Of a stretch of DNA of 64,000 nt, positions 26,201-37,553 are shown piece after piece. Each line of letters begins with the position of its first letter. Position 1 is the stretch's first letter. A program made the translations under genes and the position numbers. The stretch is from NCBI GenBank assembly GCA_040954595.2, contig CM082581.2, positions 11,902,286-11,966,285 on the forward strand, given 5' to 3'. The notes beneath the pieces were generated by a model. That model did not search any database, was not told the DNA's origin, and saw nothing but the letters and a program-made list of their open reading frames with translations. The DNA is from Balanoglossus misakiensis. Taxonomy: Eukaryota; Animalia; Hemichordata.

Positions 26201-29200
26201 AAAGAAGTTCCTTTGATTGGCACAAGTCCTTTGCCATTATAAAGGCACTGAAAGAAATCTGGTATAAATAAATACACCAAATGTTGAGTATATTCACATG
26301 ACACCATCGTAGATAGTAGAGCGACTGTCGCTTGCTTCCAGGGAAAGCGCAACTCTAAGATGGTCACGTGACCATAATGCGCATCCTGCAGCTAATCCTC
26401 TCATTCACACGTCCGTCTTTCTTGAGGGACTGTGATATAACTTTCTTTGATAGTAACTGCAGCATGAAATCAAATCCCAAATAAAGACCAATAATATTAA
26501 ATAATAATAATGATAATAGTAATGTATGAAATAGAAATACGCCTTGACAAAACTTTATGCTACTTGATACAAACTCACTGGTTCAAATTTGCCCTGATTG
26601 ACGTATGACACACATGGTAAAGTTTAAACCTTGCTTGTATGAAACTCTCTTCAGGTGACAACTTTGGTCAACACAAAGGGACCTTCCAAGAAAAAGAAAG
26701 GGAAGTCCAAGCGAGCCCATGTCTTGGTTGCAGCAGTGGACAAAGCAACACAAACATTTATTGAAAAAGGAGAAGAGATAGCGAATGAAAATCCAGAAGT
26801 CAAGCAGGAAATGTTGGCAGCTGTTGATGAAGTCAGAAAAACAGGCAAGGAGTTTCCTTTGATTTTGTTTTTTTCTGAGATTGGATGACGTTTCATTGGA
26901 ATCAAAACTTCATTCAAGACATCACACTTTAGTTAATGGAAAAACCACCTGTTGATTTGCTTTGAGAAATAACATTTGATGCGATTTCATCCAGAACGAA
27001 CATGGCCTATTGGCCAATTTTGAGAAGAACTTCACGCGATCAGAAAACCACGGTAGTAAGAAAAACACTAGTTTTATTTCGCCGGCATACAACAGTAATC
27101 GGCAGTACAAAAACAATAAACGCCTAGTATTTTATATGCCCTGAACTTAGAAAGTTGCCCATCCAAACGCCTGCTTTGTCGAGTGTGCGGAAAAACGAAT
27201 CTGTCAAGTTTTCAAGTTTTTGTTTTTGTTTCGTAATATTATTCTCAGTCTTTCATTTGACGCATCGATTAAGGTGTATATAAGTAGAATTGAACTTACC
27301 TCATTTAATTAGTTTATCATGAATGTCAAATTCCGTTCTCCAGGAGAAAATATGAGACTTGCCTCCAGCGATTTTGCCGATGATCCATGTTCGTCTGCTA
27401 AACGAAGTAACATGGTCAGAGCCGCAAGAGCTTTGCTGTCTGCAGTCACGCGATTGCTGATCTTGGCTGATATGGTTGACGTTCAACTTCTGTTACGAAA
27501 TTTAAAGATTGTAAGTAAATACAATTCTTCTTATGACTTGAACAGATTGTTAGAAAATCCTTCCCGGTCCGCAGAACTTGAAATGAACATTCTTTTGTCA
27601 TGCAAATTTCGTCGTCTGCTACTTCTTGGGGTCGCCTCAGGTCACACTGGGGTCAAAGGTCATTTAAGGTGATTCCCTTCCAAGCAGCAGGCAGTTATTT
27701 ATTTCGTTGTTTTGATGTCGATTTCCAGTATTTTAGGTAATTAATTTTTTCTCAATATTACCAATATCATTTATACTTTTATTGAACACCAGACATACAT
27801 CAACAAATTTGGCTTTATATAAATTTATGTATGAACAAATCAAAACTCTTAGTCTGTTGTCTGTGCATGTCTGTGTAGTGCACTAAAATGTCTTAAAATT
27901 ATGATCTTCGACATAATAAATGCACCCCATTTTTGACACAGGTTAAGGCTGACTTGAAGAACATCAAAGATGCACGAACTGAACAAGAACTCAATAATAA
28001 ATACAAGACATACACTGAAGATGCAAATAAGTTGAATAAGATGACAGGCAGTAGACAAATGGTAATGTTAACTCTTTCACCATCATTAAGCTCCATCAAC
28101 TATATTTTTTTGCCAGTTTTTTCCCGGTATTTTTTTGTTTTATGTGTACGTGTCTGCAGTTTGATGAAATACCCACAATTCACTCATGCTCTCAGGATAA
28201 GAAACTTCATAACGATTTTCATCAATAAATAATGGTTCAAGCATCCGGACTTGATACAAACTTTTGTCATCTATACCTTCAGGATCTGAAAGATGCTGGT
28301 CACCGCGAGAAACTGGCTGGAGCAAGAGCTGACCTGCAAAAGCACGGAGACATTCTTCTTACATCATCCAAGGTAATTTTTACTTTCAAGTTTAGTTTTA
28401 AATCTCGTGTAAACTAGCAAGAAAAAGCTACTAGACTGTCATCTAAGCCCTCATAACACAATTACATTACAACATTAATGGTTAGCATTGATAAAGGTTG
28501 CATGATACGTCCCACACTAATGGTCACTCACGTACACTGCAGGCATACATCCGTCACCCAGAGGTTGCTGCAGCCAGAGAAAACAAAGAATATGTCATCA
28601 AACAGTTGAGCGATGCAGTCAACACCATATCAGATGTTGCACAGGCTGTGGGCAGATCAGAGCCAGATACATCTCTGTATGGACCTGGTGAGCTGGCAGC
28701 AGCATTGGGAGAACTTGATGTAAGTACATTTTGTGCATATGTGTGGACGTGCATACATCTTCGCCGGCAAGGGTCGAGCCAACGACCCATGCGAGTGGAT
28801 GATGACGTGCACGTGGTTACAGAAAAGTTATCAGTTTTACTATCAAAGAGTAATAGTTTCATATTGAATATGGACATAATCATAGAGAAAAACCCAAAGC
28901 AGCTCAATGATAAGGGTATTTCTTAATGACCTGTGATTCTTCTAGCGGGAAGTGCTGATGAGCCCTGCAGATTATCAGGAAAGACGCACACGGCCGTCAC
29001 TGGAGGAGAAACTAGAAGGTATCATCAGTGCCGCAGCTTTGATGGCCGACTCCACTTGTACCAGAGATGACACTCGAGAAAGAATTATCGCCGAATGCAA
29101 CAATGTCAGACAAGCATTGCAGGACCTCCTGTCTGAGTACCTGTCTTGCGTAAGTTGATCATTTTCTTGAACCAAAACATACCAGTCGGTCTTTCAAACA

Positions 29201-32200
29201 TATACCGGTACTTTGAATTGTGTGTGTGATTACTGGTAATCACAATTTTCTGTTTTTCAGGCTGGGCGAAAAGAAAGGACTGATCCACTTGACAGAGCTA
29301 TTGAAAGGATGTTCAAGAAAACTAGAGATTTACGTAGACAGGTAAAAGTCTTAAGTAATTGATGTGAACTTTATACTTGATGAACAAGTTTATGAGGTCT
29401 CTTGTTAAAATCAGAAGTATTGAGGAAAGATCCAAGGATGTCATCTTATGCTAATCGGAGAAATGTTCCATGATTTTGTCACCAGTTACGTAAAGCCGTG
29501 GTGGACCACATATCAGATTCCTTCCTGGAAACCAATTTACCGCTGCTGGTCTTGATTGAAGCTGCCAAGAGTGGGAACATCAAGGAAGTTGAGGAGTATG
29601 CTGGTGTTTTCCAAGAACATGCTAACAAACTTGTAGAGGTAGGTTACAACTCTACTGTTTGTAGGTCATTTTTAATTTTCATGCGATTTTATTGGCTCAT
29701 TGAAATTGATGTTAAATCTAGTTTTGATGTATAGAATATGTTCAACTTTAATCTTGCAAGGTATATACATTTCTGTTTTGTTTGTGTCTCACTTTTGTAG
29801 GTTGCCAACCTTGCCTGCTCGATGTCTCAGAATGAGGAAGGAGTGAAGTATGTGAGGATGGCAGCTCAGCAGTTGGAAAACTTGTGTCCCCAGGTAACTT
29901 TGAGATTGCTGATCATAGGCAATTACACACCTGTGTTTCTATACATGACTGTTGGACAGTGTCTAACCCTGCAGTGTGACTATGTACATGCCTGTGTGTG
30001 TAGAAGAGTATGTGAACATATACTGATATTCCTCCCTCATTTCACTCTTTCATGACTTTCCCAGGTAATCAACGCTGCTCGTATCCTAGCAGCCCGTCCA
30101 CGCAGCAAAGCTGCCCTAGATAACATGGATGCATTCAGAGACCAGTGGGAGAAACAAGTACGCTTGCTGACTGAAGCTGTGGATGAGATCACCACCTTGG
30201 ATGACTTTCTGGCAGTGTCAGGTAGAATCTAATAAAAAAATATGTTTAGTTTTAATTTCAGAGCTTTTGTCTGTACTTTGCTTTTAATGGTGACAAATCT
30301 GTTTGTTTCGTAGAAAAACACATTCTGGAGGACATTGGCAAGTGCAATGAAGCCCTGAAGGAGCACAATGGTGATAACCTGGATCGCTGTGCAGGTGCTA
30401 TCCGTGGACGCTCGTCCCGTGTCTGCCATGTTGTTGAGTCTGAGATGCAGAATTATGTGCCTAGTCCGTACACGGCTAAAGTACTGCATGCAGTGGATGA
30501 GCTAAGAGATCGAGGTAACATACACTAAGTCATTAACTCCACTGCAATGAAATCCAAAGAGGATAGTTTTTGAACATTTTTTTCGCATCAAAGTTGGTTA
30601 ACTTGATGTCATTATACATACACATCATTTATTATTATAAACTTAATTCAGACTTAAATGTCCATATCAGTGTAATGAAAAATGATTACAGAATCGCCTA
30701 TGTAATGTAATAACTGTCATTTGACTTAATTTCCTAACAGTGATGCCCAGATTTGCCAGGGAAGTTGAAGATTCCGTAGAAGGACTAACATCACGTCCAC
30801 CAAGACCTGTGGATGAAGATGAGTTTATGGATGCTGCGAAAATGGTCTATGATGGTGTCAGAGAAATCAGAAGGGCGGTCCTTGTCAATAGGGTATGGTT
30901 GATATTAAGGTAGTTGGAAAGGCTAGGGCGTCAGTTAAAATTTCATTTAAAAACACTGAATTTATATCTAGAAATGTATTAGAGAAAAATTAAACTCATG
31001 AAAAATTCGGGGCAATAAACGTGTAACAAGATATGGCTGGTTTTATGATACCTAATTTCATTCATCTGGCAAGGAAGCTAGGGAGCCTTATTTGAGCGCC
31101 CTCTAGGGGAAGACTTCTCCTAGGCTATGCGCACAAGGACGGGTTCCCCTAGCCAAGGGCATTTAAATGTAACTTGCAAACACTGATTCTTGCAATTTTC
31201 AGCGATAGATAACCTTGCTTGTTTATTAAAGGCTGCCAAATTATGGACATTTTTGCATTTCTAGGGAACCCGAAAGGCCAGCGGAAAAGCATTTGACCCA
31301 GATAAATGCGATCCTTCGCCGTGAACTGCCGCTAAACTTTGCGTATTTCGCTACTTTTCTGCCCTTCGCCATAATGTTATGGTTTTTATTTGTGATTGAA
31401 TTGGTATGCCAGATAATTCTTTTATTATGAAACTTTCAGGAAAGGCTCGGGACATCCAAAAGAACAATTTTACGGGACAGTTTTTTCATAAGTTTTCCCG
31501 TTGTGTTTTGGCAGCACGTTAAAGTTGTATACAAAATATCAACAAAAACTGTGTTTTCCTGAGTGATAACTTTGAAAAAAATAAGTTTTTGCTGAAAGTG
31601 TCCCATACATTGCTGGAGGGGTTGTTTCATATTAAAATGAATACAAATTATTCAATAATTTGTGAAAACATGTCAAGATTCAATCAATATTTTGTAAAAT
31701 TATGAATATTTATATTTAGGCGTATCAAATTTCATAATTTTAGCAGATATTTTTACAGTCATATTTTTCCCTCACTTTTTAGTTTGTTAAGAACACATGC
31801 TGCAAATTTCAAGTCATTATCTTTATTCTAACTTGTGAAAATAAATTCACAAACATTGAGAGAATTTGCTTCAAAAATAGCCTTTCCAACTACCTTAATT
31901 CTGTGTTAAAAGTGTGAATGACATTATAGTTACTCCTGTGTGGAGGGACTATGGTTAAGTTTAACACTGTGAAACCCAGCTTTGAAATGTGTGGAACAAA
32001 ACTTAGTGCAAAAACTTGTTAGTCTTGCTTCAACTTGATAATCATGAGTTTATACCAATAATAAAATTACAGTGTTTTTGAGTATTTTGCAGTTCAGAAT
32101 GTTACATCTTATCATTTTCTGTTGTAAATTTCTTGGATTTACATCAGATTGATTTTTTCCAGGATGATCGTGATGAAGATCTACCCAGTGATGTAGATGA

Positions 32201-35200
32201 TCTCTATGATGACAGTGGTGAGTAAATGCAAACAAACAAAAAAAGACAAACATTTTAACTTTAATTGACCTGTACATCATCTGCATGTGATTGGGCATTA
32301 ACAGAGAATGTCAGTCACACTAACAAAGGCAGGCTAACTCTTAGTTGGAGACAGCTCTGCATGATTGCCATGGCGATATGAACTTGTTTGCCCTCCCCGC
32401 CCCTGCGTTTCCTAATCTTTATTTCATCATAACTATCATTCTTTGCCACATTCATCTTACTGAATTTTCTCTTTCACATCTGGTTCTGACTCAGTCCTCA
32501 CACTTATCAGTTGTACCATCATCTACTAAACAATTGTTTTTAAGTTTACTTATTTATCAGACACATGAAGTTACAAAAGCCTATTAATGCATGATTTTTA
32601 TGAAGTACCAAATGGCAGTTTTAATCAAAATGAAAGCTTTCTAGGTAAGATATCACACTCTCCTTTAAGCCAATTTAATCATATTGACTTACAGGCATTT
32701 TCATGTTGTTTTAGGATTCTTTGACATAATGCACATTTTTCATTTATCCTTTCTTTTCCTTGACATCTCCCACTTGATACTTACATGGAACAGCCTATAA
32801 CTGAATGGTTATATTTGGTCACAATGTATTTTATATGGGGAAAAAAATACTTTTTTTCTGGTACAGAAATACCAAGTTACAGACAGTGCCATGTTCCATA
32901 GAATGCATGCAACATTTCCATTTCCGTGGGAACTCCTATCTGGTGTTATTTTATTTCCTGACTATTCTATCCTGTTTGGTGATGGTTTTATTTTCCAGTT
33001 ATTCTCTCTCCTCTTCTTTTCCTTTTTCCCTCCACATTTTCCTTCCTTTCCTGACAGTACATCTTCAGCCGCAAGGTGGCAAGCTCTTATCCCATGGCAA
33101 AACCAGAGAGGTCACAGTGGTGAAGGAACATGCCCCTCTCAGGTCGCCCCCTCCCCTCTCATATGCACCAAAACAAAATGCCACAGCGAGTAACTTTAAA
33201 TCAAAAACAAGTTCTGTACAAGAAACCGTGATAACTACAGTGACAAGGGTACCTGTACAACAGATGGTACAGACAACAACTAGTCAGACAAATGCAGAGA
33301 AATTATCCATGAAGCCCACAGATTGGACAGACAAGACAAAAGCCAATACTTTCAAATATGAAAAACCAAAATCTGATGTTGATTTTGGAAAGCAAAAATC
33401 AAGCACTTTGGAATACAAGCGAGAAAAAGTACCCCCTCCCCCTCCAGTCAGATGGAGTAAACCAGTGGGCTTGCAGTCACCAACTTCGCCCACTAATAAG
33501 TTGTCAACCATCACTGAGCAAACCATGACAAACCTGTCCCCCCTGTCCCATGGGTCCCCTCCCCCTCTACCTCAAATGTCACCACCACCACTGTCTCCAA
33601 CTAAGAAGGTTGCCGCAGAAACCGTCGTCATGGCGCCTGACTTTGTGAGGAGTGCAACTCTGCAGATAAACAGGAAAGAAAATTTGAAATCAGAGAGTGT
33701 GGTTGGCAGACCCATGTCTCCTGTTTCCCCGACTGGTTCTTACACAACTACCAAACTGGTAAATGTAAAATACAACACCCTGCCTTCGACTGCTGTGTAT
33801 GTTAAATTACCCAAAGATGAAACTCCGAGCAGTGTTAAGACAGATCTGAAAGATTTAGCAGCTGCTACTCCTGGTACAGTTACCACGACAACTTCTGTTG
33901 CAGTGAGTGGCTTCCAGCATAAATTTGGTCCAGTGCACTACGATCAGTATGCGCCGGAATTGGAAAAAGCAGCGGCTGCAAGATATGGAACCGGTGTTGG
34001 TGGGAGAGGCAGGGATGAAGAAGAAGGCAGGTATTTGTACGGGCCAGATGGGCAGCCAATATTGGGACCGGACGGACACCCTATAGTGATTGCACCAGAT
34101 GGTACTTTGGTGGATTCACAGGGAAGACCACTGGGTGTGAACAAGAATGGATATTTGGTCGATCCGGAGGGAAGACTTATCTATGGTCCGGATGGAAAGC
34201 CGATCCTGGTTGATCCGGATGGCAAGCTGATGACGTCAGACGGCTATGCTCTGGTCGGCCCTGACAACAAGCCAGTGCACATGGGAGAAGATGGTCGCTT
34301 GTACAGCAGTGATGGTAGACCGCTGATTTCAATTACGGCTGATGGTCGTTTAGTCGGGGCAGATGGTAAGGCACTTCCTATTGGTGCAGGTGGTGCTGTC
34401 ATTGGTGCGTACGGTCGACCAATCATGACCGCCGACGGACGTCCCTTGACTATCGCCAATGACGGTAAGTTATTAGACCCAGAGGGCAGACCGATATCTA
34501 TCGACAGCAACGGAATGCTTGTGGGTCCTGATGGCAAGCCCATCCTTGGAGCTGATGGCAAACCCATGTATGTGGATTCACAAGGCAGGCTTCTCGGCTA
34601 CGACGGCAGGCCAATAATTGGCCTCGATGGAAGACCCATCATAATCAGCCCAGAGGGAATGCTGCTGGGTGCTGACGGCCAACCCATCAGGGGGTGGCAC
34701 AAGTATGATCCGCTGAGAGCGCCCGGTGGCTGGCAGACCTACATGGAACAGGATGACTGGTCCAAAGCTGCACAGGACAGAGAACGAAGCAAGCATGCTG
34801 AAAAACTGGTACAGGAGACAGGACCTGAGATAACCAGAGAAGTAAGTGTACTGATCATATTTCCGCAACTGCAGCAAGTTATTTTTGGTTGCTGACATGG
34901 AAATGTGTTCAGATTGAGTGTTAAGTTTTCAGACATGTTTTGCTATACATCTTTGGCTCTCTTAAGATTTCCACTATGACCATAACTGCATATTACATAC
35001 ATCTAAGATAATTAAGCTGGAACAACATGGATTCTACAATTTGAGCAACTGATGATGGCATCGTTTCTTTTGACAAAATATTTGACATGTTTTTTTGCCT
35101 CTTTAGGAAATCTTGGCTCAGTTTACTGAAGCTGAGAAGGAGCAGATTGCAATGCAAGTTGAAGAATTTGAACAAGAAAAGCAGAGATTGGAACAACAAG

Positions 35201-37553
35201 TTATCTACCAGTGGGACGACACTGGCAATGACATCATCATCCTGGCCAAACAGATGTGCATGATTATGATGGAAATGACTGATTTCACCAGGTGAGCTTT
35301 CTGAAATATTTTCATGATTGTATTTTTTGTCAGTGTCAAAATAAATCTTTTATATCCAGGTGCAAGTTTAATACCATGCTTTCTTATTTTTCTCTCGATT
35401 GCAGAGGTCGTGGTCCACTGAAAACCACCATGGACGTGATCCACGCAGCCCGACGGATTGCCAATCTTGGCTCCAAGCTGGACAAGCTGGCCCGCACCAT
35501 CGCCAACATGTGCCCTCACTCCACCTCCAAAGATGATCTCATCGCTTACCTGCAGAGGATAGCACTTTACTGTCATCAGTTGAACATTTGTAGCAAAGTG
35601 AAAGCTGGTGTGCAAAGTGTTAGTGGAGAACTAGTGGTGTCAGCTGTAAGTTTAATCCAAGAAACTGCATGTGATATTTCACTAATGATCTTATATTGTA
35701 ACAAATACGCATGCAGCATCTTACACTGAAAGATCCTTCATTTGAGGGCACGTACTCCCCAGCAGAGCCCCCTCGAATGACAGATCTTTCAGTCTAACAT
35801 CTCTACTATTGTCTTCCACCAACTCTTTGCACTCTCTCTCTAAACATATATTGTATTAACTCATTTTTAATTCGAATCTGATTTTAATTCAATCATATCT
35901 TTTGATTATTGTTATTATCATTGATATTTATATCCCTACCCCAATCACGTATCATTTAACCATACTCACTCATTTCAAAACTCATTTTAAACTCATCTCA
36001 TTGGACCTATTGGTTTAAATCATTTCATACTATCTTGTTATGTCCTTCATATACAATACTTGGAATCTTCAAGTTGAGGGAGATATTGAATGTTACTAGT
36101 ATTCATTTTGTCAGAGTGGGAACAGTTTGGTACATCTCATTGTGACTTGTTTTATCATCATGACAGTATCATCAAACACCATTTGGAGTGGTCCATCACC
36201 AACTATAAACCCTGCTCCCGCCCCCAAAAATCTGTCAGAAACTTCTCAGGACATGTTCTTTCTAAAGCCATCTGCAGGTGTGCTGTGGTGCCTTCTCTAT
36301 TGCACTGCAAATATAAACCCTACCACTTCACGGTGCAGTGTGTTGAATGTGACACAGGGGTGACTGGGTTAACACTTGGCAATAGCCCGAGCACTGCAGC
36401 TTTGCCTTTGAACTTGCAAGAAGAAATGTTGATCCACGTGAAAATGACATAAATTAACAATTTGAAATGTTTGTTCAAATCTTAATCCTCGAAGGAAGAA
36501 CGACGGCGTGCAAGGGTATTTTACATTCATTTATTTTTCAGTTTTCATGGCTTATCTTGGTTCCTTGAGTTTTTGGCATTTCTGGGCTCAGAGATATCTT
36601 TAGTCGATTCATTATTTACCACATACATTAGTTATGCATTGTGTCTTATGAAGGTATTTAATCCCCCCCCCCCTCCTTCATTAATTCAGTCTGATGTCAT
36701 GTCTACTTTTCAAGTCAAGACCAATATTGCCGTGTGAAGGGACTTCATCCATTTAGTTTGTTAACAGGTGTAAATGATTGATATTAATGGTTCTCGATTG
36801 CAACAAATATGAATGCCAATGCTGATGTAACATTTATATGTGAATGTACGCCTTCATCTTCTTTGTGATAACTGCCAAATCAAATTAACTGCACTGTTGT
36901 CTTTTTATGGGCAGTATAAACCGGGTGAGGACAAGCTGGAAAATTATAATTGTTGACGTATATCATAAATAACGGTTTCACTATTTTATTTCAAGCTTGA
37001 CAGTGCCACTTCGTTGATCCAAGCCGCCAAGAATTTGATGTCAGCCGTGGTGCAGACAGTAAAGGCGTCCTACGTAGCATCAACTAAGTACAGTAGACAA
37101 GGAACGCTCAATGTTAGGGTATGTATAAAGAAAAGAATAGTGGCCTTCTGTGTTTGAGGTCGCACTAACAGGCACGGTTGTTCTTGAGGACTGGCATTCA
37201 TCAGGAGCACAAAATCTACTGTCGAGGAAAAAAATCAGCACAGTGGGGCTTTTTTTCTTTACAGCTTTGCACAATCTTGATTAGTGAATGATTGATGCAA
37301 CTGTTGGTGTTGCCATATTTGTGAGAGCAGGATTGTTCTGAAGACACGCATTGTGTGATTACGTCCTTCTTGTTTTTCACAGTCTCCTGTGGTATTATGG
37401 AAGATGAAAGCCCCAGACAAGAAACCCTTGGTGAAGAGAGAGAACCCGGATGAAATGAAAGCAAAAGTTCACAAGGCAGCCAAGAAGAAGGACATCAACA
37501 TTGTTCAGGAGTTGAATGAATTCAAAGGAAGTGATAGTTTCTCAAGTGTCTAG
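23259..37553 (+). CDS. CTNNA: Alpha-catenin, 19 coding exons, ~1479 aa including a giant linker exon
   Basis: Exons 23259-23360, 26655-26844, 27344-27510, 27942-28061, 28283-28372, 28543-28719, 28946-29149, 29261-29341, 29486-29638, 29801-29893, 30065-30221, 30314-30514, 30741-30892, 32163-32217, 33058-34841, 35107-35291, 35405-35645, 36996-37112 (or -37118), 37383-37553. Hallmark peptides: KWNPKDLEIRT..VEKTLEPLV, FADDPCSS, RERIIAECNNVRQALQDLLSEY, LRKAVVDHISDSFLET, WDDTGNDIIILAKQMCMIMMEMTDFTRGRGPLK, LDSATSLIQAAKNLM, WKMKAPDKKPLVKRE. Confidence 0.95.
30909..31894. mobile_element. Non-autonomous DNA transposon (Kolobok-like) in an alpha-catenin intron
   Basis: Perfect 17-bp terminal inverted repeats GGTAGTTGGAAAGGCTA (30909-30925) and TAGCCTTTCCAACTACC (31878-31894), flanked by TTAA on both sides (30905-30908, 31895-31898). 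GG...CC termini with a TTAA target duplication fit Kolobok rather than piggyBac (CC...GG). No transposase ORF. Confidence 0.8.
33058..34841 (+). CDS. Giant (1784-nt) alpha-catenin linker exon: Pro/Ser/Thr-rich region plus 27 x 8-aa GxDG[KR]P-type repeats
   Basis: Preceded by a ~55-nt almost pure polypyrimidine tract and cag (33055-33057). The phase-1 start matches the upstream exon 32163-32217, and the phase-0 donor GAA|gtaagt matches the downstream exon at 35107. No stops over ~595 codons. Confidence 0.8.
35725..35793. repeat. Imperfect inverted repeat / 69-nt hairpin in an alpha-catenin intron
   Basis: ACTGAAAGATCCTTCATTTGAGGG pairs with CCCTCGAATGACAGATCTTTCAGT: a 24-bp stem with 2 mismatches and one G:U. 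Confidence 0.7.

Noticed and set aside
32805-33057. Hydrophobic N-terminal part of the 696-aa ORF, suggesting a stand-alone membrane protein nested in alpha-catenin
   Set aside because: The F/L/S-rich stretch is the translated intronic polypyrimidine tract, and the splice phases fit an alpha-catenin exon starting at 33058.
34041-34691. Collagen-like interpretation of the GPDG repeats
   Set aside because: The periodicity is 8 residues with DG turns, not Gly-X-Y triplets.
36090-36930. Possible alphaN-catenin-like cassette exon or micro-exon in the ABD intron
   Set aside because: The candidate at ~36114 and the 10-nt cag|TATAAACCGG|gtgagg (~36915) do not give convincing frame-preserving phase-0 exons.
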